From positions 23,374,001-23,438,000 of the forward strand of contig OX597825.1 in assembly GCA_951406725.2 (NCBI GenBank): a DNA stretch of 64,000 bases, written 5' to 3'. The notes under the pieces are model-generated. The model was not told where the DNA came from. It worked only from the letters and a program-made list of their open reading frames with translations, and did no database searches. The number at the start of each line of letters is the position of its first letter. Positions within the stretch are counted from its first letter, which is position 1. The position numbers were made by a program, and so were the translations under genes. Source of the DNA: Octopus vulgaris (Eukaryota). This document shows positions 1 to 12,189 of this stretch, piece after piece.

Positions 1-140
1 CACACACGCACAAGTATATATATATATGTATGTTATGTATGTGTACATACTGTACATAAGTACATATATATACATGCACAGACACAAGTATATATATATA
101 TATATGTGTATATATATATATGTATTTATATATCTATCTA

Positions 141-182
<42 letters not shown>

Positions 183-360
183 TATACATACACACACATA
201 TACTATACGCATATATATACATACACATGCACTTACACACGCACGCACAAGTATATATATATATGTATGTTATGTATGTGTACATACTGTACATATGTAC
301 GTATATATATACATGCACAGACACAGGTATATATATATATATATATATATATACAGTGCA
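1..360. repeat. (TA)n/(CA)n compound microsatellite with a ~240-bp tandem duplication
   Basis: cacgcacaagtatatatatatatgtatgttatgtatgtgtacatactgtacata occurs at ~5 and again at ~242. Confidence 0.9.
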
Positions 361-661
361 TATTATATAATGTGTGTGTGTGTGCGTATATATACATTTA
401 CATATCAGTATTTTCCGGTTGAATTTACCATTAAGTGTTGGAGTTAAATATTATCTCTCCATCACTAACATCTAGGTGTGATTATTTGGCACAACTATCT
501 GAGTTGTTGATTTTATACAGAGATACAGTTGTTTCTTTTGTGCCATTAGTGTAAATGAAATACTTCTTAAAAGTGTCTGGCATGGCATATGTCATCGAGC
601 AATTATGTGTGAAGCTACTAGCAAAGAAAATACTGTGTATTATCAATTTACTCTCTCTCTT

Positions 662-873
662 TTCTCTTTTACTCTTTTACTTGTTTCAGTCATTTGACTG
701 TGGCCATGCTGGAGCACCGCCTTTAGTCGAGCAAATCGACCTTGGGACTTATTCTTTGTAAGCCCAGTACTTTTTCTATCGGTCTCTTTTGCCGAACCGC
801 TAAGAGACAGGGACGTAAACACACCAGCATCGGTTGTCAGGCAATGCTAGGGGGGACAAACACATACATACAC

Positions 874-904
<31 letters not shown>

Positions 905-1074
905 CATATATACGACAGGCTTCTTTCAGTTTCTGTCTACCAAATCCACTCACAAGGCATTGGTCGGCCCGGGGCTATAGCAGAAGACACTTGCCCAAGA
1001 TGCCACGCAGTGGGACTGAACCCGGAACCATGTGGTTGGTTAGCAAGCTACTTACCACACAGCCACTCCTGTGC
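662..1074 (-). mobile_element. tRNA-derived SINE, family A (octopus OK/OR-type), full length
   Basis: Head caggagtggctgtgtggtaag...gggttcagtccc (A/B boxes), internal (TA/TG)n, tail ggcggtgctccagcatggcc...gactgaaacaagtaaaagag. Near-identical copies at 22455, 41690, 45090, 47720, 48640, 56334 and 62003. Confidence 0.9.
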
Positions 1075-1149
1075 AAAACCTCATATTTTATGAGACATAG
1101 TCTGCTTTTTAATCTTTTATCTTTTGTCTTTTTGTTTGTTTGTGTTATT

Positions 1150-1454
1150 TTGTTTGTTCCTTCTCGAGCCATGTCTGGTCCATAAGGGCCCTGTTTCCTG
1201 GTTTCCTGGGCGTATAGGTTCCCCGCCTGGACGGGAAGCCGGTCCATCACAGGTGAGCTGCAAGATGCAGGAGGAAAGAGTGAGAGAAAGTTGTGGCGAA
1301 AGAGTCAGCAGAAGTTCGTCATTACCTTCTGCCGGAGCTGCGTGAAGATTAGGTGTTTCACTCATAAACACACACATCACCCGGTCTGAGATTCGAACCC
1401 GCGGTTTCTTGACCACAAGTCCACTGCTCTAACCACTGGGCCATGTGCCTCCAC
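1150..1454 (-). mobile_element. tRNA-derived SINE, family C
   Basis: Head gtggaggcacatggcccagtggttagagc...gggttcgaatctc. Homologous copy at 48346-48638 on +. Confidence 0.85.
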
Positions 1455-2011
1455 TTTGTGTTATTGAACTGCGGCATGCTGGGGCTCTTGCCTTCAAGCA
1501 TTTTAGTTGAACAAATTGACTTGGTACGTTTTCTTTTTCTATTTGGAACTTTTGCTGCACTGCTATGTTATGGAGATGTCAACAAACCAACACTGGTTGT
1601 CAGGTAGTGATGGAGGACAAATAAAATCATGAACATAAAGGCACATACACACATGCACATTATATACCATCTTCATCATCATCATCATTATCATCATCTT
1701 CAACATTCAACAACTGTTCTCTATGCTGACATGGGTTGGACTGCTTGACAGGAACTAGCAAGGCCAGGGGCCACACCAAGTTCTATTGTCTATTTTGGCT
1801 TCTTGGTTCCTACAGCTGGATGCCCTTCTTAATGCCAACCACTCCACAATGTACTGGGTGGTTTTTACATGACATCATCACCAGCAATTTTTCAAGGCAC
1901 CAGCACCCACGCTGATGCTTTTTACGTGACACCTTGGTTTTAGAGTCTCACTATATATTTGTGTGTGTGTGTGTGTGCATATTTACACATATGATGGGCT
2001 TCTTTCAATTT

Positions 2012-2310
2012 ATCATCATCATCGTTTAACGTCCGCTTTCCATGCTAGCAAGGGTTAGACGATTTTGACTGAGGGCTGGCGAACCAGATGGCTGCACCAG
2101 GCTCCAATCTTGATTTGGCAGAGTTTCTACAGCTGGAGGCCCTTCCTAACGCCAACCACTCCGAGAGTGTAGTGGGTGCTTTTTACATGCCACTGGCATG
2201 GGGGCCAGTCAGGCGGTACTGGCAATGACCTCGCTTGAAACTTTTTACACATACCACCAGCATGGAAGCCAGTTGGCTGCTCTGGCAACGATCATGCTCG
2301 GTGGTGCTCT
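2012..2310 (-). mobile_element. SINE family D 3' part with RTE-like (GAT)n tail
   Basis: catcatcatcgtttaacgtccgctttccatgctagc...cccttcctaacgccaaccactccgagagtgtagtgggtgc. Related copies at ~1690, 2780, 3465, 5390, 11480, 27200, 31840, 35070 and 46970. Confidence 0.85.
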
Positions 2311-3430
2311 AGGCCTGTTTACCAAATTCTCTCACAAGGCCTTGTTCAGCCCAGGAATATAATAAAAGACACTTGTCCAAGCTGCTAAGTTGTGGGGCTG
2401 AACCCAAGACCACATGGTTGGGAAACAAGTTTCTTATCCACACAGCAATACATGCACCTATTTTGTTTAACTTTGAGGTATTGACAGGTACATGATCTCC
2501 TTATGTACTGGGTGTATGGCACAATATGAAGGTCCTGAATTTGATGTTATTTCCTAGGTTTCCAAATATGGAACCAACATGCAAATATGGGTCTATTTTT
2601 CTGTTACATCATTTTGAGCTGAGTAGGCTGGTGCAACCCGAAATGAAGTGTCTTGCTCAAAGATACAATGTGCCACCTGGTATATGAATTGAACCCACAG
2701 CCTTATGACAATGTAGTTAGTATCCTAACCACTAGGCTACTACCTTTACTTCAGGTGACAAATACCATTATTATTATGATCATCACCATTTAATGTCCAT
2801 GGTCTAGGCTGGCTTGGGCTGGACAGTTTGACAGGATCCACTGGACCCAAGGACTTCATCATACTCCAGTGGCTGCTTTGACACAGTTTCTATGGTTGGA
2901 TTCTCTTCCTGACACCAACCACTTTACTGGGTACTGAGTGCTTTTTCCATTGGCACCTACACTGGTTAGACCATCATGCAGTTTGCATGACTACAAACCC
3001 TGAAAGCAAGACTGTTGTAAAGCAACCTCATGCTAGGAGGTGAGGGGGAAAAAGATGAGTAAAGTTACGACAGAAGGGACCAGAGCCAATTCTTGCCAAT
3101 AAATGTATTAGAAAAATGAATTGAAGTGGGTACTCAGTTGCTGAAGAAATTCCAACACTGGATTGGAAGTTTTTATACCCACAATGTTATTGTATACACA
3201 GAGGAGTTTATATCTGTCTGTCTGTTTGTATCTCTCTCTTTTCTTTCTCTCTCTTGATATACATATTCTTTCTTTTATTCTTTTATTTGTTTCGGTCATT
3301 TGACTGTGGCCATGGTGGAGCACGGCCTTTAGTCAAACAAATCGACCCCAGGACTTATTCTTTGTAAGCCTACTACTTATTCTATCAGTCTCTTTTGCCG
3401 AACTGCTAAGTTATGGGGACATAAACACAC

Positions 3431-3464
<34 letters not shown>

Positions 3465-4079
3465 TCATCATTTAACGTCTGTTTTCCATGCTAGCATGGG
3501 TTGGTCGGTTCAGCCGGGTCTTGTAAGCCATGAATGCTGCACCAGGCTCCAGTCTGGTTTGGCAGTGTTTCTACAGCTGGATGCCCTTCCTAACGCCAAC
3601 CACTCCGTGAGTGTAGTGGGTATTTTTTATGTGCCACCGACATAGGGCCAGAGGAGGCTGGCAAACAGCCAAGATCGGTTGGTGCTTTTACGTGTCACCG
3701 ACACGGACACCAGTCAGGCGGCACTGGCATCTGCTACATTCGGACGGTGCTTTTTACGTGTCTTAACTACATATATATATGATCCAGCGAACACCGACCA
3801 AAAGTCATCACAGTTACTCAAGGTAAAATCTAAAATGAATTCCTCGCTCTTTCAGGAACATCAATTTTTTATATTGACTGCATATCACCACTTTGATCTA
3901 TTTTTTATATTGAATGCATATCACCACTATGAACCACTACATCATACTCTTTAAACATATAGCATGAATGAACTCACTTCACTATATATGAACTCTTGAT
4001 GTCTGACTCTATTGTATATTATAAATGAATTTTTTTATATTTGATAGCATGAACTATCTTTTTTTATATATAACTTTTT

Positions 4080-4111
4080 TTGATAAGGTTCTCAAGAACC
4101 GAAACATGTTA
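4080..4111 (+). ncRNA. Degenerate hammerhead ribozyme remnant (Penelope-like terminus)
   Basis: tTGATAA-ggttc-tcaa-gaacc-GAAAC-atgt-TA. Helix II is perfect but the CUGAUGA core is mutated. Confidence 0.4.
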
Positions 4112-4169
4112 TAATGTATATATAAAAATTAAAAATTTGTCTACTATAGCAGCATTTTCGAACTTCATT

Positions 4170-4239
4170 TTTTACAAATATATATATATATATATATATA
4201 TTTTCATAAAGCTTCCCGTGATATATATATATATATATA

Positions 4240-4284
<45 letters not shown>

Positions 4285-5000
4285 ATGTGTGCATGTGTAT
4301 ATATGTATGATTGTATATGTGTATGTATATGTATATGAATGTATATGTGTATGTATATATGTATATATATGTGTATATGTGTATGTATATGTATGTATGT
4401 GTATGTATGTGTACATGTATATGTGTATATATATTAATTAGTGTATATGTATGGACTAGTCTTCTGTGGGTGTGTTGAGGTATGTATGTGTATGCGTGTA
4501 TGTGAATATACGTGAATGTATGTAGATGTAGGCGTGTATGAATATAACTTGTGCGTGAGTGTGTACGTGTGAATGTGTGGGCGTGAGTAAGTGCTTGCGT
4601 TCGTATCAGTAAGTTGATAGAAAAACAGTATCTTTAGAGATCCCTTGGGACAAGTTTGACCGGTCAAGATAAAAATAAAGATATAAACTAAAGTAGTTAA
4701 TAAAATTAAAATAAGAGAATAAAAATGTGTGTGTATGTGCGTGCATGTATATGCATTTGTATATATATGTGCGAGTGGGTATACATATGTGTATGTATGT
4801 GTATGTGTTTGTGTATCTGTGTGTACGTACATGAGTATGTGTAGATATATGTATATATATATATATATATATGTATGTGTATGTGTACGTATGTATGTAT
4901 ATATATATGTATGTATATGTGGGTATGTATGTATATGTATAGATATATGTGAATAGGCGGGTGTGTATATGTGTATGTATATATATATATGTAGATGTAC
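4170..5000. repeat. Long compound (TA)/(TG)/(TATG) microsatellite
   Basis: Direct inspection. Confidence 0.9.
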
Positions 5001-5250
5001 AAGTGAGAGTCTCCCCACTTACCTAAAACTTTTCTATTTATATTTTTTTATTTTTTTATTCTTTTATTTTTATTTTTATTTATTATTTATTATTTATTTT
5101 TTATTCTTTTATCTACTTTACCACCGATTCCTTTGACCACTCCCCTAATAATGACAGTTTTGCGCCATGCCTACCCCCAAAAAAGTCCCCCACCACCACC
5201 CATTTTAACCTGCCTAAATGTATAAATACCAAAACAACTCTTGTCTAATT

Positions 5251-5299
5251 GCTTCCTGATGATTTCTTTTGAATGAAACAGTTCTAGTCCTGTAGAAGC
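5251..5299 (+). ncRNA. Type I hammerhead ribozyme in a Penelope-like element end
   Basis: gcttc-CTGATGA-tttc.tttt.gaat-GAAAC-ag...ct-GTA-gaagc. Helix I gcttc/gaagc, helix III acag/ctgt, GUA cleavage triplet. Confidence 0.7.
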
Positions 5300-5389
5300 T
5301 CCTTCTATAAAATAAATTAATTTACTCTGCTATGTATTGAGTACCTTATTTACTGTGGTTAACCCCGACTCAACCCGGGACCTATATAT

Positions 5390-6255
5390 ATATCATCATC
5401 ATCATCATCATCGTTTAGCGTCCGCTTTCCATGCTAGCATGGGTTGGACGGGTCAACTGGGGTCTGTGAAGCTGGAAGGCTTCGTCAGGCCCAGTCAGAT
5501 CTGGCAGTGTTTCTACGGCTGGATGCCCTTCCTAACGCCAACCACTCCGCGAGTGTAGTGGGTGTTTTTTACGTGCCACCTGCACAGGTGCCAGACAGAG
5601 CTGGCGAACGGCCACGAACGGATGGTGCTTTTACGTGTCACCGGCACGGGGCCAGGCGATGCTGGCAACGGACACGAACGGATGGTGCTTTTACGTGCCA
5701 CCGACACGGTTGCCAGACAGAGCTGGCAAACGGCCACGAGCGGACGGTGCTTTTACGTGTCACCGGCACGGGGGCCAGCCGAGGCTGGCAACGGACACGG
5801 ACGGATGGTGCTTTTACGTGCCACCGACACGGGGCCAGACAGAGCTGGCAAACGGCCACGAACGGATGGTGCTTTTACGTGTCACCGGCACGGGGGCCAG
5901 CTGAGGCTGGCAACGGACGCGAACGGATGGTGCTTTTACGTGCCACCGACATGGTTGCCAGACAGAGCTGGCAAACGGCCAGGAGCGGATGGTGCTTTTA
6001 CGTGTCACCGGCACGGGGGCCAGCCGAGGCTGGCAACGGACACGGACGGATGGTGCTTTTATGTGCCACCGACACGGGGCCAGACAGAGCTGGCAAACAG
6101 CCACGAACGGATGGTGCTTTTACGTGCCACCGACACGGGGCCAGGCAGAGCTGGCAAACGGCCATGAGCGAATGGTGCTTTTACGTATCACCGGCACGGG
6201 TGCCAGACGAGGCTGACAGCGGACACGAACAGATGGGTCACTTAACCCCTGCTTT
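5390..6255 (-). mobile_element. Family D SINE with an expanded internal minisatellite
   Basis: (CAT)n tail at 5393-5411, family D body to ~5580, then the tandem array. Confidence 0.8.
5590..6235. repeat. GC-rich ~61-bp minisatellite, ~10 units, alternating A/B variants (122-123 bp higher-order period)
   Basis: gccagacagagctggc starts at 5590, 5712, 5834, 5957 and 6079. Interleaved variants read gccagccgaggctggc. Confidence 0.92.
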
Positions 6256-6264
6256 CTGATATAT

Positions 6265-6520
6265 GATTTGATTTTGATTGTTCTCACTGGTCTTGCCGGG
6301 TCTTCTCACGCACAGCATACTTCCATAGGTCTCGGTCTCTGGTCATTTCCTTGGTGAGACCTAGAGTTCGAAGGTCGTGCTTCACCACCTCGACCCAGGT
6401 TTTCCTGGGTCTACCTCTTCCACAGGTCCCCTCAACTGCCAGGGTGTGGCACTTTTTCACACACCTATCTTCATCCATTCTCACCACATGACCATACCAG
6501 CGCAATCGTCTCTCTTGCAC

Positions 6521-6525
<5 letters not shown>
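6265..6525 (-). mobile_element. RTE-clade LINE 3' fragment (ORF2 C-terminus)
   Basis: [22 protein letters not shown]...EGTCGRGRPRKTW is a typical RTE C-terminus. Further copies at 17520-17650 (-) and 46100-46450 (+). Confidence 0.88.
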
Positions 6526-6608
<83 letters not shown>

Positions 6609-7088
6609 CATATATATATGTATATATATGGTGTTGGCTAAAATCTATAGATATGTACTGTAGTAGTTTAGCATTGAGAAATATTACTGTTAACAAACCA
6701 GTAATGTATGAAAAAAGGAAAATGTGGAGGAGAAAGAAAAAAATGAAACTGAGACAATAGTTTTTGTTATCATCTGCATAAACAGAGAAAACTGAACACT
6801 AATCTGAATTTCCATGGAAATGATTGAGTAATTTTGTTTTCAAATTACTATTGGTGTTTCTATCACCAGTCTCAAATATCTGTTGAACGCTTGCATCAAC
6901 GATATACAGTAGTACCACAAATTAACTCATTCCTTTTATTTCCTGCAGCTGACACATCACGATTACATGTACAACGGACGCAGAAGTTAAACGACTCACA
7001 CCTTCTGCTGCTTTACGTCCTGTTCGGTAGGCTTCCCTGTTATTCCTTTCCTGTCGGCAAATAGAGGATTTATATAATAACAGTATCG

Positions 7089-7102
7089 GTTGCCATGGAG
7101 AT
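7089..7102. promoter_or_regulatory. RFX X-box-like motif in a unique, CpG-containing segment (candidate promoter)
   Basis: GTTGCCATGGAGAT is one mismatch from GTTGCCATGGAGAC. A minus-strand donor gtgagt lies at 6994-6999. Confidence 0.35.
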
Positions 7103-7236
7103 CTTTGGATTATTGATGTAATCTTTAACTGTGCACCAAATATTTGGTTACAATCGTATTCATACGTACACACACACACACACACCGACAGACACACGGA
7201 CAGAGTCTTTGTGCCTGTGTGTGTTTCTCATTCTCT

Positions 7237-7337
7237 CTCCATGTCTCCGCGTCTCTCCCTGTCTCCATGTCACTTCCTGTCTCCATGTCACTCCCTGTCT
7301 CCATGTCTCTCCATGTCTCCATGTCTCTCCCTGTCTC
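7237..7337. repeat. 18-bp (2x9) tandem repeat cctgtctccatgtc(a/t)ct(c/t)
   Basis: About 5 units by inspection. Confidence 0.85.
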
Positions 7338-8700
7338 AGGCACATGTTGATCACTTGGAGACCGAATAGCTTGATGCTAATAACATTCTGTATTTACTAT
7401 GTGTAGTTTCCAAAGTAATTTAGAATTACTATTAGTTTATTTATTTATTTATTTATTTATTTATCTATTTAATTATCTATTTATTTTTCTCATACAATTT
7501 GTTCTTTTACATTGATATATGGCTTAGATATCTGTGGAAATTCTGACATTTGCGAGTATTGGTTGAATATGGTGGTAATTTGTTTTTAATTACTTAAACG
7601 AGATTGACTGAGATTAACAGAATTTCGACGATCCCAATAGACAACAGTTCAAACAAGTTCTACAACACAACAATAGGAACTGCGTAGATTTGTATTTGCG
7701 TATTCAGTGCACACATACATGTATGCACATGCATACACACGTGCAGTGCGCATATGCATATATGTGCATGTGTGTGCATGCATGTGTGTGTTTGTGCTTC
7801 GTAGATTATAAATGTTGTACTGCCCTATAAATTCCAGTACTAAATTGAATGCAGATTTACCAATGCCGTGTGAATTCTGCTTTAGATTTAGAGTTGCGGC
7901 ATTATTGTTTATGGAACAAAGATCTTTGGGAAAAAATCTGAACAGCACAGCATCTATTTTTTTCCTGATAATTTCGAGATTCTGTACTTTCATAAGAAGT
8001 AATTTATAATCTCTTTCTATTGCATCAGAAAGAAAACATGTTAGTTATCAAGCATTATGCTGTTCTCTGACAAAAGTCAGAAGGAAATATTCCTATCTGT
8101 TTTTGAACTCCAATTACGAAGTTAATTCTTTCCTTGCCAAGATAGTCATCAACATACTGAAAGAAATAAAATGTTCTTGTTTCATTGAACAAAAAAACCA
8201 AATAACACAATGATTTTGGATAAACAAACAGCTTGGAAGTTTGTTAACCTGTTTAGTATTGATTTGTTGACATCTGGAATTAAAGCAGGGTTAGCGTAAA
8301 TAGAGCAACTTCTCAACTGTGATGATGGCTTTACATGTGGTTCAGAGCTTAGTTTGTCTTCATCCACGTCTTGTCTTAGCATTGCATCTATTCTCCATGT
8401 TGATTGTTTTGTTAAGTTGCTAGGTCTGAATGAAGGAAGGTGCACTACTTGTGGCCTTTGCAGGGCCTTCTAAAACTGGTGCAATTGATGCCGTTAATGT
8501 TCGTCTTGAATCTTTGTTGACTAATATGAATATAGGAGTAGACATGGTGGTGGCTGTGTGGTAATAAGTTTGTTTCCCAACCATGTGGTTCCATGTTCAG
8601 TCCCACCGTGTGGTACCTTGGGCAAGTGGCTTCTACTATACCCTCAGTCCAACCAAAGGCTTATGAGTGGATTTGGTAGACGGAAACTGAAAGAAGCCTG

Positions 8701-8737
<37 letters not shown>

Positions 8738-9154
8738 CTTTGTGTTTGTTTGTCCCTTCCCCCAACCGCTTGACAACTGGTGTTGGTTTATTTATGTCCT
8801 TGTAACTTAGCTGTTCAGGAAAAAGAGACTGATAGAATAAGTACCTGGCTTTAAAAAAATGCTTGTGCATCACCTTATAGCTTATATGTAAGCTAATGAA
8901 GTTTGTCACATAATTTCCTGTTCCTTTGTCATTTATTTATTTTCATATCATGCTCTGTACTCAACAAATGTTTTATTCTGAAGCGTTTGTATGTTGAATT
9001 CTAAGCCCTGGTTATTAGCATTGCTATGCCAAAGCGAAACATTAAAATATGTATATATGTGTAAATACATGTGTGTATTTATGTGTATGTATGTATGTGT
9101 GTGTGTGTGTATATATATATTTAGATGTATGTTTGTGTGTGTGTGTGTGTGTGT

Positions 9155-9186
<32 letters not shown>

Positions 9187-9193
<7 letters not shown>

Positions 9194-9448
9194 TTATAAT
9201 TACGAGTATAATTATAATTAGGGTTCAGCAAAATTTGCTTCACAACATACCGAAATTTAGAAATAGCAGTTAAAAACTACTATGTTATTACTATAAGATA
9301 TCTCCCAGACCGCAACTACTATTTTACTACTATATATCTTATAGTAGTAAAATAGTAGGTTTTAACTGCTATTTCTAAATTTCGGTATGTTGTGAAGCAA
9401 ATTTTGCTGAACCCTAATTATAATTATACTCATAATTATAAAATTTTT
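9187..9448. repeat. Near-perfect inverted repeat (~115-bp arms), probably a Penelope-like inverted terminus
   Basis: agggttcagcaaaatttgcttcacaacataccgaaatttagaaatagcag pairs with ctgctatttctaaatttcggtatgttgtgaagcaaattttgctgaaccct. Flanked by (TA)n. Confidence 0.85.
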
Positions 9449-9580
9449 GTATAAGTTTACCTATAATGGTTCTTTTAATATACCGAACTACTTGGTAAAA
9501 TTATTAATTATTAATTATTAATCAATTAATTAATTTTACCCTTTATTGTTATTATATATATATACATATATATGTATTAA

Positions 9581-9801
9581 CCCTTTTGTTACCAACCCGG
9601 CTGAAACCGGCTCTGGCTCTATTGTACAAATGTCTTGTTTTCTTATGGTTTCAATTAAAATCTTCCACCAAACCTTAGTCACAATTTATGTTCCTAATAC
9701 AAGCTGAATGATAACTAAGTTATTTTACTAAATTCTTTGTTATATTTAAAGTAATTGAAAGAAACACAGAACATCTCAAAATAAATACAGTAACGAAAGG
9801 G
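9581..9801 (+). mobile_element. piggyBac-type MITE, TTAA TSD
   Basis: TTAA|ccctttTgttac...gtaacgaaaggg|TTAA. A second copy lies at ~55165-55379 in the opposite orientation. Confidence 0.85.
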
Positions 9802-9957
9802 TTAAGTCTACCATTGGTTTCATGTTAAGAAAAATATCTTACTATCTTAATTTTTCAAGCTGATCACATGGAGGAATGGTGGTTGTCTCCATTTTAGATG
9901 AAAACACAAAACGCCTCATGAAATGCCTCGGAATTTCACAAAAGGTTCATATATACA

Positions 9958-10176
9958 GATGAGGCTGTGCTGAAAAGTTCCTGCCTTTGGATAAAAGTAA
10001 ATACAGGAGGATCAGTTAATTATGATTTTATTAAACATATTTCCCTCTCAGATTCACATACCTATTGCAGCGGTCCTTCAGTTTTTCTAAGGCCTGTAAA
10101 AAAACTCGGAAGGTTGGGTCTCCAACTTGGCCTTTTGTAAAAACCTTTAAAGCCAGGAACTTTTCAGCAACCCCTC

Positions 10177-10180
<4 letters not shown>
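9958..10180 (-). mobile_element. Internally deleted mariner element
   Basis: TIR-like tacgaggggttgctgaaaagttcctggc / gaggctgtgctgaaaagttcctgcc. Minus frame FLQALEKLKDRCNRYVNLRGKYV resembles a mariner transposase C-terminus. Confidence 0.75.
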
Positions 10181-10215
<35 letters not shown>

Positions 10216-10302
10216 CTTGGCACATTGTAAATCTTTAAGACATTTTTATTTTTCCACCTAAGATGTATTCAGTTTTATAAAATTCATTGTATTTTTATGA
10301 GA

Positions 10303-10642
10303 ACTAACACTAGTGCATGCATATACAGCTGCGTGCATGCACACATACACGCGAGTACTGTCCAAATCTCTGACCAATCACATACAGCTAGCTGGCATTC
10401 AATTGGTGTATCAAGTTTCAGGCATTTTGATTGGGTTTTGGATAGAAAATTTACAAAAAAGTCACTTCTATTGATTTTTTAATGGCTTTGCTGGGTGACT
10501 GGGGAAATGTAAAGATGTGCACGACCACCCTTGGACGGTTTTGAATGACCATAGAAAGTGCGAGCCCTCTAACTGAAAAAGTCTAGATTTGTATAAAGGA
10601 CACACACACAGACAGACATTTTGCCATTTATATATATAGAGA
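10303..10642 (-). mobile_element. Non-autonomous Helitron-like element
   Basis: Minus 5' end TCtatatatataaatggcaaaatgtctgtctgtgtg. ctagt-type sequence near the 3' end. Confidence 0.5.
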
Positions 10643-11235
10643 TTCAGTGATGACTATAAAATAAATCCAAGTAGGCTGCATGAAGTATTTTCTAGTATTT
10701 TACTATGATATGAATAAAATTGTTCAAGTTCCTAAGTAAAGCCATCAGAGAAAGCTGAAATGAAAATATTCTGTAGTCCTTAATTTGCAAAGTTTGTTGT
10801 GTCACCATTTTTGGTGTGTCAATAACTAGTTAGCCTGGAAGAACAACATTCCAAAGTATGTTAGCAAAATTGTAGACGCAAATAGCAAGTATAATAATAT
10901 GATCAAGTGCTGTGAAGTTGCAGACACAAAATATAATGTTTGTTACAGGTTTAGCTTACAAACAAGAAAGAATTACTCAGTTGAGGATAAGATGTGTGAC
11001 CTTTTGTTAGGTTCTGCTTTAAGATGTGGTAAAATTATTTCAGGAATATGTTTAGAATAGCTGCATGTATTTTGACTATCACAAGATGAGATCAGCAATT
11101 AGATTACGAATTTTCAACAAGGTAAAGCTGACACCTGAATTTCATTTGAAATAGTTGCGATTCTGCAGTTGGAATTTTATCTCTAACAGTTGTGATTTTG
11201 CAGCTTTTAAGTCATTAACTTAATATTGCGGAGAT

Positions 11236-11293
11236 CGTCATCATCATCATAATCATCATCATTTTCATCTTCATCATCATTGTCGTTATCGTT

Positions 11294-11327
<34 letters not shown>

Positions 11328-11480
11328 ACATCATCATCATCGTCGTCATCATCATCATCATTATCGTCGTCATCATCATCATCGTCGTTATCATCATCAA
11401 CATCGTCGTCGTCATCATCATCATCATTGTCATCATTAATATCGTCATCATCATTGTCATCATCATAATCATCATCATCG
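11236..11480. repeat. (CAT/CGT)n trinucleotide microsatellite (expanded SINE tail)
   Basis: Direct inspection. It gives the poly-D/M/S pseudo-ORFs. Confidence 0.9.
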
Positions 11481-12189
11481 TTTAATGCCCGACTTCCATA
11501 CTGGTATGTTTTGGACAGTTTGACATGAGCCACTGAAATGGAGGACTGTGGTGTGGTCCAGTATCCGCTTTGGTATGGTCTCTTTAGGTGGATGCCCTTC
11601 CTAATACCAATCACTTTACAGATTTTGGGTGCTTTTTTCATGGAACCTGCACCAGTTAGGCTGCTAAGTAACTAGCAAGACCAAGAAAATGCTCCCTTGG
11701 CTTAGTGGAGAAAGGGTAAACTAGAGAGATAGAGAGGTGGATGAGGCTAAATCATGATAGGACAGGCTCAGGTTTCTTTTTATAGAGGAGCTATATGGCA
11801 TCCCTACATCATACATGGGTTCGTGCATGTATCTGGAAAGAAGGTAGTGACAAGGTCTCTGAGCTAACTTTCAAGGTAGAGGTAGGTGAGGGTAAGAGAA
11901 AGTATGGACATAGGATCGAGAAGGGTGTGTGGGTAAGTTTGTAAGAGTTTGAGATGAAAATGACATGGTTGGAATTAAGGGTAGAAGTAATTGTAGCAAA
12001 TGGTAAACAAGGGTGGAGGAGCGGTTGATGGTAAATGGAGGTGGTGGTGTGAAGATGAAAGAAATATAGGAGTGGCTCAGGGAGGAAGAGGTGATAAGTA
12101 GCAGTAAGGTGGGAGTCATGATGATGATGATGATCATCATCATCATTTAATGTCTTTTTCCATGTTGGCATGGGTTGGATGGTTTGACA

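Noticed and set aside
26-447. YI/HT/VC-rich ORFs (also 4204-5018 and 56968-57618)
   Set aside because: Translations of dinucleotide microsatellites.
5590-6235. CRISPR-like regular repeat array
   Set aside because: The units are contiguous with no unique spacers, there are no cas genes, and the context is eukaryotic.
5444-6259. 271-aa ORF (longest in the window) and overlapping ORFs
   Set aside because: A by-product of a GC-rich minisatellite inside a SINE; open in several frames with a repetitive peptide.
6949-7026. Plus-strand exon (cctgcag|...TCG|gtaggc) as the SIX6OS1 first coding exon
   Set aside because: No start codon and only a superficial LNDS..LLL resemblance; unsupported.
11207-11641. 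Poly-Asp/Met/Ser ORFs (also 55646-56053 and 42905-43162)
   Set aside because: Trinucleotide microsatellites and SINE/LINE tails.
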